Part shown: in pieces, positions 1-9,875 of the stretch | Position numbering within the stretch: position 1 is the stretch's first letter | Layout: each line of letters begins with the position of its first letter | Source: Minisyncoccota bacterium | GTDB lineage: Bacteria > Patescibacteriota > Minisyncoccia > Phycocordibacterales > UBA9973 | Reading direction: 5' to 3' | Length of the DNA stretch: 64,000 bases | NCBI GenBank assembly: GCA_041662525.1 | Contig: JBAZSF010000004.1 | Span: forward strand, 1,190-65,189 | Made by a program: the position numbers and the translations under genes | Notes under the pieces: generated by a model | What the model saw: only the letters and a program-made list of their open reading frames with translations | Told to the model about the DNA's origin: nothing | Database searches by the model: none

Positions 1-359
1 AAGCATTTCCTCTTTTGGCAGGTTTGTTTGATGGCATTTCAATCCGAGTGCCTGTACCGGCTGGATCAATCGTCGATGTTACTTTTATTGCAAAAAGAGA
101 TACAAGTGTTGAAGAAATAAATGCAATACTGAAAAAAGCATCGAGCTTAGATAGATGGAAAAATATTTTTTCAGTTACAGATGAGCCCCTCGTGTCCTCT
201 GATATTTTAGGAAGCAAATATGCTTCAATAGTTGACCTAGCTATGACACGCGTAGTGGGGGGTAATCTGGTAAAAGTAATGGCTTGGTATGATAATGAAA
301 TGGGGTATACGCATACTTTGGTAGACCATGTTGTTAAAACAGGGAGTACAATATTATAA
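1..359 (+). CDS. gap: Glyceraldehyde-3-phosphate dehydrogenase, C-terminal part; the 5' end lies outside the window
   Basis: The translation has the GAPDH C-terminal signature (…VMAWYDNEMGYTHTLVDHV) and the upstream RVPVP…VDVTF catalytic-domain motifs. The frame is open to position 1. Confidence 0.85.
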   Translation, partial: AFPLLAGLFDGISIRVPVPAGSIVDVTFIAKRDTSVEEINAILKKASSLDRWKNIFSVTDEPLVSSDILGSKYASIVDLAMTRVVGGNLVKVMAWYDNEMGYTHTLVDHVVKTGSTIL

Positions 360-373
360 ATAATAAAAAACAT

Positions 374-862
374 ATGAAAATTTACATTGGGACAGATCAC
401 GCAGGGTATGTATTAAAGGAGGCACTTGTAGTTTTTTTAAAAGGGGAGGGTCATGAAGTAGTAGATGAAGGTGCATATACTTATGATGAAGATGATGATT
501 ATCCAGATTTTATTTCTAAAGTCGCTCGAGCAGTTTCTAGAGATGTGCATGATTCGACAAAAGTGAGAGGTATTATTTTGGGTGGTACCGGACAAGGAGA
601 GGCGATAGTAGCCAATAGATTTCCTCATGTCAGGGCTATAGTTTATTATGGTAAAGCAACTCCCATAGTAGAAGCTGAGTCTGGTATTCTTCATAGATCA
701 AGGGAGCACAATGATGCAAATGTTCTTTCTTTGGGTGCTCGATATTTTACTGAAGCTGATCTGGTGGAAATTGTTAATTTTTGGCTGAATGCTCCTTATA
801 GTGGTGGGGAAAGACATGTTCGTCGTTTGGCAAAAATAGATCAAATAGACATAAATAAATAA
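374..862 (+). CDS. rpiB: Ribose-5-phosphate isomerase B (RpiB/LacAB family)
   Basis: N-terminal MKIYIGTDHAGY…LK motif typical of RpiB. About 160 aa. Sits next to rpe and tkt. Confidence 0.85.
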   Translation: MKIYIGTDHAGYVLKEALVVFLKGEGHEVVDEGAYTYDEDDDYPDFISKVARAVSRDVHDSTKVRGIILGGTGQGEAIVANRFPHVRAIVYYGKATPIVEAESGILHRSREHNDANVLSLGARYFTEADLVEIVNFWLNAPYSGGERHVRRLAKIDQIDINK

Positions 863-870
863 AAAAAATT

Positions 871-1566
871 ATGACTGAAATTATTCCGGCAATTTTGGAA
901 GAAAATTATGAAGATTTGAAGAACAAAATTGCCTTAGTGCGAGGGGTCGTACCTCTCGTGCAAATAGATTTTTGTGATGGAATTTTTGTACCTACTCGTA
1001 CTTGGCCATTTTCTTCTGGAGGAGGGGCAGATGAACATTTCCAGAGAATTCAAAATGAACAAGAAGGAATGCCTTTTTGGGAAGATGTTGATTTTGAACT
1101 TGATCTGATGGTGGCTGATGCCGTAGAGAATTTTGATATTTATACTAAGCTCGGACCGAAAAGAATAATATTTCATATTGAAGCGGTGGGGGAATTTGAA
1201 AATTTTAAGCATTTTTTAGAAGGGATCGATATGTATATCAGAGATAGTATTGAAATAGGGGTGGCTATAAATCCAACCACTTCCCTTGAGCAAATTTTTC
1301 CTTTGATTTCTTGTATAGATTTTGTGCAATGTATGGGAAACGATAAAATTGGGCACAGAGGAATTCTACTCGATGAACAGGTTTATGAAAAAATTAAGGT
1401 TTTGAGAGAAAAATATCCTGATTTTCCGATTGCCGTTGATATAGGTGTTAATAGATCAACAGCACCATTGTTGGTTGAGAGCGGAGCAACAAAACTCGTG
1501 GCTGGTTCAGCTATTTTTAAAACCGATGATATTATTGGAACGATAGAAGATTTTGAGAATTTATAG
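871..1566 (+). CDS. rpe: Ribulose-phosphate 3-epimerase
   Basis: IIPAILE…VQIDFCDG…MGNDKIGHRG…AGSAIF motifs of the Rpe TIM barrel. Confidence 0.88.
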   Translation: MTEIIPAILEENYEDLKNKIALVRGVVPLVQIDFCDGIFVPTRTWPFSSGGGADEHFQRIQNEQEGMPFWEDVDFELDLMVADAVENFDIYTKLGPKRIIFHIEAVGEFENFKHFLEGIDMYIRDSIEIGVAINPTTSLEQIFPLISCIDFVQCMGNDKIGHRGILLDEQVYEKIKVLREKYPDFPIAVDIGVNRSTAPLLVESGATKLVAGSAIFKTDDIIGTIEDFENL

Positions 1567-1589
1567 TTTTTTATGGTTAACTTAATATA

Positions 1590-2201
1590 ATGAAATTTTT
1601 TTTGAATAAAAAAGGTTTTACATTAATCGAACTTTTAGTGGTGGTTGCTATTATCGGGCTTCTTTCTTCGGTGGTTCTAGCTTCTTTGAATTCCAGCAGA
1701 GCAAAAACTCGCGATGCAAAACGATTGTCTGAATTACGACAAATAGTTAATGCGCTTGAATTGTATGCGATCGATAATGGGGGAATTTATCCGAGTACGG
1801 GCAATATGAATAACGTTTATATAGACTTAGGTTGTCCTCAAACAATTACTGCTCTTCCCGACTTAAAAACAGCTGATTGGGTCCCTGGACTTGCCCCTAC
1901 CTATATACCTGCCTTACCCCAAGATCCAAAACCAATAAGTAGTGGCGCTGGTGGTGGTTGCTATATGTATTCAAGTAATGGGAATAAGTATCTTTTAAGT
2001 GCTTATGGTACTGTTGAAGCGAGTTCAAATGGAGGAAAAATGGATTCAAATTTTGGTTATCGCGAGCTTAGTCTTATGAATGCACCATCTTGCTATTACT
2101 CTACTAGTTATCCTTCGATTGACAATGTTAAGAGAAAATCTTTTACTTATACTAATCTAACCACAAATGATTTTACCATATGTCCCAAAATTGGTCCTTA
2201 A
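1590..2201 (+). CDS. Type IV pilin-like / pseudopilin protein with an N-terminal prepilin cleavage-methylation motif
   Basis: KGFTLIELLVVVAIIGLLSSVVLASL is a class III signal peptide (G|FTLIE). The rest is a variable C-terminal domain with Cys residues. Confidence 0.75.
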   Translation: MKFFLNKKGFTLIELLVVVAIIGLLSSVVLASLNSSRAKTRDAKRLSELRQIVNALELYAIDNGGIYPSTGNMNNVYIDLGCPQTITALPDLKTADWVPGLAPTYIPALPQDPKPISSGAGGGCYMYSSNGNKYLLSAYGTVEASSNGGKMDSNFGYRELSLMNAPSCYYSTSYPSIDNVKRKSFTYTNLTTNDFTICPKIGP

Positions 2202-2236
2202 GTAAAGTTATGAAACAAAACCTAACAATTTGTAAT

Positions 2237-2473
2237 TTATAGTTTTTTTACAAGAATTTTTATTTTTAAAAAATTAAATATTTTTTTGCCCAGAACTTCT
2301 TTTAAGAAATATGAAGTTCTTTTTTTTCCTATTAACCAAATACAACCCAAGATAATCAATAGCGTAGATCCTGGTACTGGGGTTAGATAGGTTATTATCC
2401 CAATTAATATAAAAATAATGCCACATATTTTATGAAAATATTCCCACTTTTTCATGATTGTTTTGATACCCAA
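2237..2473 (-). CDS. Small hydrophobic membrane protein (hypothetical)
   Basis: 78-aa ORF with a hydrophobic core and an AT-rich codon style matching its neighbours. No recognised motif. Confidence 0.3.
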   Translation of the reverse strand: MGIKTIMKKWEYFHKICGIIFILIGIITYLTPVPGSTLLIILGCIWLIGKKRTSYFLKEVLGKKIFNFLKIKILVKKL

Positions 2474-3144
2474 TTTTTAAAATTTTTAATAAATATTGCT
2501 TCTTTTATTGCTTCCAATTCATGAGATAGATGTGTCCAAGAAATGTGATCTTTTATATTTTTTTCTTTAAGTAATTTTATTAACTTTTTTCCATTGGCGA
2601 TTGGAATTACTTTGTCATTTTTAGACAAAATGATATTGAATTCTGTATTATAGCTTTTATTTTTGAAATAATGATCAGGAGAAATTATCCTCCAACATTT
2701 TTTTAATTCAGGTAAGGTCGTTTGATGTTTTTTTATCATTTCATTTTTTAATTTTTGAGTATGTTCACCTAACCAAAAAGCTTCAGCTAAATTATAACCT
2801 GGCACAATGAGCATGACTTTTTTTATATCAATTTTATCTGAAACAATCATGCAGAATAATCCACCAAGGCTTTGACCATATAAATAAAAAGAACGATATT
2901 TTTTCTCTTTTAATTTTTTTAAATCCTTTTGGATAGCCGTAATTAAATAAATAAAATTTTCTTTTGTCTTGATTGGATCGGAACATAAAATTTTATTAGG
3001 ATAGGCATATTGTATATAGCCATATTCATTTGGGATAGATTCTCGTATTAAATAATATAGGTTTTCAAACGAAGACCAGCCATCTACTAATATTATAATT
3101 TTTTCTTTATCTAGTCTTTTACTTATTTTGGAAATTTCTATCAT
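2452..3144 (-). CDS. Alpha/beta-hydrolase fold esterase/lipase-like protein
   Basis: GQSLGG nucleophile elbow (GxSxG) within about 230 aa. A downstream His and Asp are plausible catalytic residues. Confidence 0.5.
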   Translation of the reverse strand: MIEISKISKRLDKEKIIILVDGWSSFENLYYLIRESIPNEYGYIQYAYPNKILCSDPIKTKENFIYLITAIQKDLKKLKEKKYRSFYLYGQSLGGLFCMIVSDKIDIKKVMLIVPGYNLAEAFWLGEHTQKLKNEMIKKHQTTLPELKKCWRIISPDHYFKNKSYNTEFNIILSKNDKVIPIANGKKLIKLLKEKNIKDHISWTHLSHELEAIKEAIFIKNFKNWVSKQS

Positions 3145-3205
3145 TTTGTTGAATTATATCTATTTTTAATAGTATTTACAAATTTAGTTTGTTATAATTA
3201 ATCTT

Positions 3206-4051
3206 ATGTCTCACTTAACAGATGAAAAAATTACAGAGTTGGAAAAGAAAGCGAATGATATTCGTATCTCTATTATTGAAATGCTCATAGAAGCAGGAAG
3301 TGGACACACTGCTGGGCCTCTTGGTATGGCAGATATTTTTACTCTTTTTTATTTTCATATTTTAAAACACGATCCGAAAAATCCTTCCTGGGAAGGACGA
3401 GATAGATTTATACTTTCAAATGGTCATATTTGTCCGGTATTGTATTCCACCATGGCACATGCGGGATATTTTCCAGTCGAAGAATTAAAAACTTTAAGAA
3501 AATTTGGTACTAGACTGCAAGGACATCCACATCGAGAATATTTGCCGTATGTGGAAAATTCTTCTGGTCCGCTTGGTTCTGGGCTTTCGCAGGCTGTAGG
3601 GATGGCGCTCGCTGATAAAATAGACAAGAAAGACAAAGATAGATTCATTTATTGTTTTATGTCAGACGGGGAGATGGACGAAGGAAATACTTGGGAAGCT
3701 ATTATGCTGGCTGGAAAACATAAATTAAGAAATTTGATTGCCGTGGTTGATAGAAACAATATTCAAATTGAAGGATTTACGGAAGATGTGATGCCCTTAG
3801 AACCTTTTCATAGTAAATGGAAAAGTTTTAATTGGCATGTGATAGAAGTTTCTGGACACGATTTTAGATCCTTAAACGAGGTTATAGAAGAAGCACAAAC
3901 CATCTATGAAAAACCCACGGTCATTATTGCACATACGATACCGGGCAAAGGAGTAAAAGAATTTGAAAGGAATTATAAATGGCATGGAAAACCGCCTTCC
4001 AAAGAAGAAGGAGAAATGGCGTTAAAAGAATTAAGAAATTTAAGATTTTAA
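3206..4051 (+). CDS. tktA: Transketolase, N-terminal (TPP-binding) subunit of a split enzyme
   Basis: GSGHTAGPLGMADI…GRDRFILSNGH…MSDGEMDEG…VVDRNNIQIEG motifs. Followed 1 bp later by the C-terminal subunit. Confidence 0.9.
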   Translation: MSHLTDEKITELEKKANDIRISIIEMLIEAGSGHTAGPLGMADIFTLFYFHILKHDPKNPSWEGRDRFILSNGHICPVLYSTMAHAGYFPVEELKTLRKFGTRLQGHPHREYLPYVENSSGPLGSGLSQAVGMALADKIDKKDKDRFIYCFMSDGEMDEGNTWEAIMLAGKHKLRNLIAVVDRNNIQIEGFTEDVMPLEPFHSKWKSFNWHVIEVSGHDFRSLNEVIEEAQTIYEKPTVIIAHTIPGKGVKEFERNYKWHGKPPSKEEGEMALKELRNLRF

Positions 4052-4052
4052 T

Positions 4053-5051
4053 ATGCTTAACCCTAAACTAAAACTTAATACCAAGGTGTTTAATGACGAT
4101 GTCGAGCAAGTACCGATTCGTAAAGGTTTTGGGCAGGGGTTATTGCTTGCGGGCGAGGAAAATGAAAACGTAGTGGGACTTTGTGCAGATTTAACAGAAA
4201 GTACTCAGATGCATTTATTTGCCGATAAATTTCCAAATAGATTTATACAAATCGGAGTCGCAGAGCAAAATTTAGTAACAGTGGCTTCTGGTATGGCAAC
4301 TATGGGCAAAATCCCTTTTTGTTCTTCTTATGCGATGTTTTCTCCTGGGAGAAACTGGGAACAAATAAGGACGACGATATCTTACAACGATAGAAAAGTT
4401 ATTATCGTGGGCTCACATTCAGGTATTTCTGTAGGACCTGATGGTGGGACGCATCAAGCACTAGAAGATATTGCTTTGATGCGGGTGATGCCAAATATGG
4501 ACGTTCTTTCTCCTTGTGATGCAATAGAAGCAAAGAAGGCGACAGTAGCGCTTGCAAAAACTAGTAAGCCAGCATACTTGCGTTTAGTTCGTGAAAAAAC
4601 TCCAATCATTACCACAGAGGAAACTCCTATGCAAATAGGCAAAGCAGAAATTTATTGGATGCCGGATTTAGGGCTCGCGCAAGTGGGTATCATCGCTATG
4701 GGTGGACTCGTATATAATGCACTTTTGGCTGCTAAAGAATTAGAGCAAGAGGGAATAAAAACTAAAGTGATGAATTTAGCTACAATAAAACCAATAGATT
4801 CTGAGGCAGTTATAAATTTAGCCAAAGAATGTAAAGCAATAATAACAGTAGAAGAACATCAAATAGCTGGGGGGATGGGTTCGGCTGTGGCAGAAGTCTT
4901 AGCACAGAATTTTCCGGTGCCAATAGAATTTATCGGAGTGCACGACAAATTCGGTCAATCCGGCACACCAAAAGAACTCATAGAACATTATGGTATGGGT
5001 AAAGATTCTATCAAAGAAGCGGTGAGGAAAGTTTTGAAAAGAAAAATTTAG
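4053..5051 (+). CDS. tktB: Transketolase, C-terminal (pyrimidine-binding) subunit
   Basis: Transketolase pyrimidine-binding and C-terminal domain motifs (…GVAEQNLVTVASGMA…GGTHQALEDIALMR…). Confidence 0.9.
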   Translation: MLNPKLKLNTKVFNDDVEQVPIRKGFGQGLLLAGEENENVVGLCADLTESTQMHLFADKFPNRFIQIGVAEQNLVTVASGMATMGKIPFCSSYAMFSPGRNWEQIRTTISYNDRKVIIVGSHSGISVGPDGGTHQALEDIALMRVMPNMDVLSPCDAIEAKKATVALAKTSKPAYLRLVREKTPIITTEETPMQIGKAEIYWMPDLGLAQVGIIAMGGLVYNALLAAKELEQEGIKTKVMNLATIKPIDSEAVINLAKECKAIITVEEHQIAGGMGSAVAEVLAQNFPVPIEFIGVHDKFGQSGTPKELIEHYGMGKDSIKEAVRKVLKRKI

Positions 5052-5085
5052 AAAAGAAATTAGACTTAATTTTAATAAAAACAAA

Positions 5086-5137
5086 ACCCCGTTTAGACGA
5101 GCTTGAGGCTTTGTCTATAACGGGGTTGATTACTGTT
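5086..5137. terminator. Hairpin between convergent genes (candidate bidirectional terminator)
   Basis: aaaaccccgtt…aacggggtt inverted repeat between the tktB stop and the stop of the minus-strand ORF. Confidence 0.4.
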
Positions 5138-5465
5138 TAAGGTATAAGTTGAAACTTCCGCACCATGCCGACGAAGCCTCGGCCTTGAGATTCTTATTAC
5201 TCGAACTTAGAATTCGTTTCAAGATCTCGATTTCTTCTGTCGGTCTTTCAAAAATGCTTTCTCCAGCATAATCACACCCCTTATGTTCAAAGATGATTCT
5301 ATTGCCGTGGAATCTAATATCGGCTTGGCCCTGCATGAGTGCTCGTACAAAACTTGTGCAGTAGATATTAGACTCCGTACTACCATCACCGGAAAGTCCG
5401 GCCCCAATAATCTCTCCCGCGTCGTTTCTTTTGAGATTAAAATTGAGATTTAAAATTGTTTCCAT
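5130..5465 (-). CDS. Hypothetical protein (~111 aa) with locally elevated GC
   Basis: ORF with an aaagga SD-like sequence before METILNL…. No recognisable family. The start is chosen at the internal Met preceded by the SD. Confidence 0.4.
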   Translation of the reverse strand: METILNLNFNLKRNDAGEIIGAGLSGDGSTESNIYCTSFVRALMQGQADIRFHGNRIIFEHKGCDYAGESIFERPTEEIEILKRILSSSNKNLKAEASSAWCGSFNLYLKQ

Positions 5466-5613
5466 GTTTTTCCTTTTGATATGTGTATTTTTGCCGACCA
5501 TCCAAAGAATGGTTTATTACAAAGTTTCAGAGCTTCAAAGTTCAGAAATCTGATATAATAAAAGCACAAAAAATATATTTTGTAAAGGCCAGCGTCTATT
5601 TTCAATACCGCTT

Positions 5614-6615
5614 TTATATTTTTCTAGCTTTGTAACCCTCTCCCGCATTTTTAAGATATTCTTCCAATTTTTCTTTAGTGAGGAGGCCTTTTTGGGCGCC
5701 GACTTCTTGAACTACGGACATGGAGTTTATGCCTGCCCAGGTTAGGGCTTCAGACATAGTTTTACCCAAGATGTTTGCAATTACTATGGTAGCAGAAAAA
5801 GCGTCTCCAGCACCAGTGCGTTCATAAGGCGGTTTGGGGTCAGGATAGGGAGGCATAAATAAATATTCTACCCCGTCATATGTATAAGCACCCTTGGGCC
5901 CATCTGTGATCACTACTGTCTTGGGTCCTAAGCTATGAATTTTTTCCAGCAATTCTTTTATCTCTCCACTATCGAGACCTAATATTTTTCTCGCTTCTTC
6001 AACATTGCAGAAAAACATATCTGTATGTTTATAAAGTCTTTGTAATTTTTCTTTTCCTAACTTTATTTCAAACTTACCAGGTTCGAAAGCGAATTTTGTT
6101 TCTGGATGGGCATCTAGATAGTCCGCGATAGTGTAATGAAAAGGAAAAGCAGTTTCATTTACTGAACTAAAATAAATCCATTTTGGTTCATCAAATTCTG
6201 GTAAACTATATGGGTAAATTTCATGTTTGATTAAAATAGTTCTTTCAGCTTCATACCATAAAACAAAATGCTGATTAGTTTTTATTCCTGTATTTATTCT
6301 TATTAGTTCTGTGCCAACTTCATCTTTTTTAAGTGAATCTAAACAATCTGTGCCTGCTTTATCATCACCAATATTGGAGATGAGTTTTGTCTGGAGTCCG
6401 AGCCGAGCAGCTGCGACAGCAACATTTGGAGCATTACCTACTGCGGGGAGAACGTAAACTTCTTCGTATGGAACTTTGTCGGCAAAAGGCAGGCATATTT
6501 TATAGTCTTTATTGTCTGGAGTACCCTCGATGCTTGCATCTTTTAATTTTATAAAAGTATCTATTACGATATCCCCAATTGCTAAGAAATCTATTTTATT
6601 ATTGTTTTCGCTCAT
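5614..6615 (-). CDS. PfkB-family carbohydrate kinase (ribokinase-like)
   Basis: C-terminal …TGAGDAFSA… anion-hole motif. The N-terminal …LAIGDIVIDT… is typical of ribokinase/PfkB kinases. Confidence 0.8.
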   Translation of the reverse strand: MSENNNKIDFLAIGDIVIDTFIKLKDASIEGTPDNKDYKICLPFADKVPYEEVYVLPAVGNAPNVAVAAARLGLQTKLISNIGDDKAGTDCLDSLKKDEVGTELIRINTGIKTNQHFVLWYEAERTILIKHEIYPYSLPEFDEPKWIYFSSVNETAFPFHYTIADYLDAHPETKFAFEPGKFEIKLGKEKLQRLYKHTDMFFCNVEEARKILGLDSGEIKELLEKIHSLGPKTVVITDGPKGAYTYDGVEYLFMPPYPDPKPPYERTGAGDAFSATIVIANILGKTMSEALTWAGINSMSVVQEVGAQKGLLTKEKLEEYLKNAGEGYKARKI

Positions 6616-6645
6616 GGTACTATTCTAACATATTATAAAAAATTT

Positions 6646-8019
6646 ATGAAAAAATTAATTTTAGTTCTTACAGGTTTTGTTTTTTTCTTTAGTTTTAATT
6701 TGGCGCAAGCAAGTGTTGTTATAAATGAAATAAAAATATCACCAACTGAAGATAGATTTATTAAGCTTTACAATCAAGATAATGCTGAAGTTGATTTAAC
6801 TAATTGGTATATTCAAAGAAAAACACAAACTGGAACTAGTTTCACTTCTTTAGTCACAAAGACTTATTTTGAAAATAAAAAAATTAATGCAAATGGTTAT
6901 TTTTTAATTTCTCGTGCTCAAATGGAAAATTCTGAAATTGTTGTTGATAATTTGACACTTACTGAATCAAATGTAATCCAACTTAAAAACTCAAGCGGGG
7001 AAGTAGTAGATAAGGTTTGTTGGGGAGATGTAGATAGCTGTGGAAACCCTAATCCAGATTTAGGTCAAAGTATTCTTGTAACAGATCATGCTTCATCCAC
7101 CGTACCGGCAACTGAAACTTCTTCTTCGAATTCAGACACTGTAGTATCCAATGATGATTCTTCTACAGTACAAATAAAACCTAAAGTAATTGAAAATCCA
7201 GTTATGAAAGTAAAAATTTTAGTTAATACTTTAGCTTTTGCCGGGGAGCCATTTGAAATAAAAACTAATGTTTTAGGGTTTTCTAATGAAAATGTAGTTC
7301 TTGGTAGAGCTTCTTGGAATTTTGGCGACGGTAGTTCATTTGAACAAATAAATAATTTTGAAAAGTTTTCTCATATTTATTATTATCCGGGAGAGTATGT
7401 TTTATTTTTGGAATATTATCAAAATAGTTTTTCAAAAATTCCAGAGGCGACGAGCAAGATGGTAATTAAAGTTCTCCCCACGACTGTTTCTATTTCTAAA
7501 GTAGGGGACGCAAAAGATTTTTTTATAGAACTTTCAAACAATGCTAGTTCGGACATCGATATCTCAAATTGGGTTATTAATGCCAATGGAAAAACTTTTA
7601 TTTTACCAAAAAATAGTGTGATTATGTCTAAAAAACAAATGACAATTTCTGGTAAACTAACTGGATTTACTCTTGGTGATCAAAACAACTTAAAGCTTTA
7701 TTCTGGAACAGGAGAATTGGTGTTTGATTATTTGTCATCTAAAGTTCCCATTGTCGCTAGGCAAGACCTAATAACGACAGCAACTAAGCCAAAAATTTCT
7801 ACAGCGATTCCTCCAGCGGTGAAACCGCTGGAAAATTTAGGCGCTACTGTTTTACAAAGTGATGTCGTAAACAGTGAAAGTTCAAACAATTCAAATACCC
7901 CCATTGTTCCTATTGCTTCTTTTGCTTTTATTGGAGCTGGTGCCGGTGCAGTTTATTTTATTCGTCGAAAAAAAGTTATTCCAAAAGAAGGAGAAGACTT
8001 CGAGATCCTAGATGCATAA
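6646..8019 (+). CDS. Secreted protein with two lamin-tail-like (LTD) domains and a C-terminal TM anchor
   Basis: Signal peptide. VVINEIKISPT…DLTNWYI and a second …FIELSNNASSDIDISNWVI LTD-type motif. The C-terminal GAGAGAVYFIRRKK is a hydrophobic anchor with a basic tail. Confidence 0.65.
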   Translation: MKKLILVLTGFVFFFSFNLAQASVVINEIKISPTEDRFIKLYNQDNAEVDLTNWYIQRKTQTGTSFTSLVTKTYFENKKINANGYFLISRAQMENSEIVVDNLTLTESNVIQLKNSSGEVVDKVCWGDVDSCGNPNPDLGQSILVTDHASSTVPATETSSSNSDTVVSNDDSSTVQIKPKVIENPVMKVKILVNTLAFAGEPFEIKTNVLGFSNENVVLGRASWNFGDGSSFEQINNFEKFSHIYYYPGEYVLFLEYYQNSFSKIPEATSKMVIKVLPTTVSISKVGDAKDFFIELSNNASSDIDISNWVINANGKTFILPKNSVIMSKKQMTISGKLTGFTLGDQNNLKLYSGTGELVFDYLSSKVPIVARQDLITTATKPKISTAIPPAVKPLENLGATVLQSDVVNSESSNNSNTPIVPIASFAFIGAGAGAVYFIRRKKVIPKEGEDFEILDA

Positions 8020-8078
8020 TCTCTCTTTGAAGCTTTGAAATAAGGGTTTTTTCTGATAGAATAAAAAAAGGGCAAGAA

Positions 8079-9863
8079 TTGTCCTATTTTTATATGGAAA
8101 AAGACTATTCAAATTTGCACATTAGATTGGTGCTTAAATATTATTGGCAGGTAATAAAGAATTATAGAATATCTTTTTTTTGTGTTGTTTTTTTTACAAT
8201 ATTTTTTTCTATTTTAGACATTTATATACCACTTCAGTTTTTAAAACTTTGGGATGTATTAAGCACAAATAACTTTGCAATTATTTCAACTGCTAAATCA
8301 ATAATTATTTTAATTTTGATATTAGGATTAACTCGTTGGTTTTTTAGTAGATCTTCTGGATTTTGTTTATCTTATTTTGAGGCTGGAGTTATGGCAGGTC
8401 TTAGAGAGCAAGCTTTTTCTTATATGATTGGTCATTCTCATTCTTTTTTTGCAAATAATTTTGCAGGATCATTAACTAGAAAAATAAATAAATATGCTGG
8501 TGCTTTTGAGAGATTAACTGACAAAATGGCTGCTGATGGATTACCTCTTTTAGTCCGTGGTATTGGTACATTTTTTGCTATTTATTCTTTAGTTCCGAAA
8601 TATGCTTACATTTTAGGAATATTTTGTTTAATTTTTTTATTAACCGCTTTTATTTATATTCGATTTAAAATTAAATATGATGTGCTTTCTGCTTTGGCTG
8701 ATACAAAAACCACTGGGGTTTTAGCTGATGCCATTGGTAACCATTCTTCAATTCAGATTTTTACGGGTCATCTGTATGAAGAAAATCGTACTAGAGAAAC
8801 GATCCAAAAACAACGCAAAGCAACCGTTTTTAATTGGTATTTATGGGAAGGGCTCAATGCTATCCAAGGATTTTACTCAGTCATTATAGGGTTTATTATT
8901 TTTTGGGTTGCGATTGATGATTGGAGACTTTCTCTAGTTACGCTACCTTTTATAGTATTACTTCAAAGTTATTTAGTACGTTTAATAGATAGTCTATGGA
9001 GTTTTGGGGGGATAGTCCGTACTTTTTATAATAGTTTTGCTGATGCTCAAGAAATGGCTCTTGTTTTAAATACACCATATGAGATTAGCGATAAAGTGGA
9101 AAAAGTGGCTAAAAATATAAAAGGAGAAGTTGTCTTTAATAATGTAACTTATTTTTACAAAAATAATAATAATAAAGTATTAGATAATTTTTCTCTAACC
9201 ATAATGCCTGGACAAAAAATAGCCATTGTTGGTTCTTCTGGCGCTGGTAAGACGACTCTGGTTCGTCTTTTAATGAGATTGTTTAATACAAGTTTGGGTG
9301 AGATTGCTATTGACGGAATTGATATTAGTAAAATTTCTCAAGAAAATCTCCGGGAACAAATAGCTTTTGTTCCGCAAGATCCAGTTCTCTTTCATCGTAC
9401 TTTGATGGAAAATATACGTTATGGTAGAAGAAGTGCTACAGATGAAGAAGTTTTAAAAGCTGCAACGCTTGCGCATTGTGATGAGTTTATTGATTCTTTG
9501 CCATTTCGTTATGAGACATATGTAGGAGAGCGAGGGATAAAGCTCTCAGGTGGAGAACGTCAAAGAGTGGCTATTGCTCGCGCAATAATTAAAAATGCGC
9601 CGATTCTTATTTTAGATGAAGCAACCTCTTCGCTTGATTCCCACTCTGAATCTTTAATTCAAGATGCTCTCGCAAAACTTATTGATGGTAAAACTACTAT
9701 TGTCATCGCCCATCGACTTTCCACCATTAGACAAATGGATAGGATTATCGTTTTAGAGAAGGGGAAAATTGTCGAGGATGGAGTTCACGAAGAACTTATA
9801 AATAAAAAAGATGGATTTTATAAAAAATTATGGGATCTTCAGGCAGGAGGATTTTTAGATTAA
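8079..9863 (+). CDS. ABC exporter, fused permease plus ATP-binding domains (MsbA/lipid-A-exporter-like)
   Basis: Six TM segments at the N-terminus. Walker A GSSGAGKTT, signature LSGGERQRVAIARA, Walker B ILILDEATS. Confidence 0.88.
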   Translation: MSYFYMEKDYSNLHIRLVLKYYWQVIKNYRISFFCVVFFTIFFSILDIYIPLQFLKLWDVLSTNNFAIISTAKSIIILILILGLTRWFFSRSSGFCLSYFEAGVMAGLREQAFSYMIGHSHSFFANNFAGSLTRKINKYAGAFERLTDKMAADGLPLLVRGIGTFFAIYSLVPKYAYILGIFCLIFLLTAFIYIRFKIKYDVLSALADTKTTGVLADAIGNHSSIQIFTGHLYEENRTRETIQKQRKATVFNWYLWEGLNAIQGFYSVIIGFIIFWVAIDDWRLSLVTLPFIVLLQSYLVRLIDSLWSFGGIVRTFYNSFADAQEMALVLNTPYEISDKVEKVAKNIKGEVVFNNVTYFYKNNNNKVLDNFSLTIMPGQKIAIVGSSGAGKTTLVRLLMRLFNTSLGEIAIDGIDISKISQENLREQIAFVPQDPVLFHRTLMENIRYGRRSATDEEVLKAATLAHCDEFIDSLPFRYETYVGERGIKLSGGERQRVAIARAIIKNAPILILDEATSSLDSHSESLIQDALAKLIDGKTTIVIAHRLSTIRQMDRIIVLEKGKIVEDGVHEELINKKDGFYKKLWDLQAGGFLD

Positions 9864-9875
9864 TGAATTTTATTT

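Noticed and set aside
437-694. Antisense ORFs inside well-supported genes (e.g. 437-694 in rpiB, 17118-17435 in ppsA, 22781-23109 in valS, 31011-31373 in ftsZ)
   Set aside because: They lie fully within conserved coding genes on the opposite strand, with low-complexity translations and no SD or motif.
1590-2201. Pilin-like gene considered as part of a type IV pilus or competence operon
   Set aside because: No pilB/pilC/pilM-Q or prepilin peptidase genes are in this window. It is reported only as a lone pilin-like gene.
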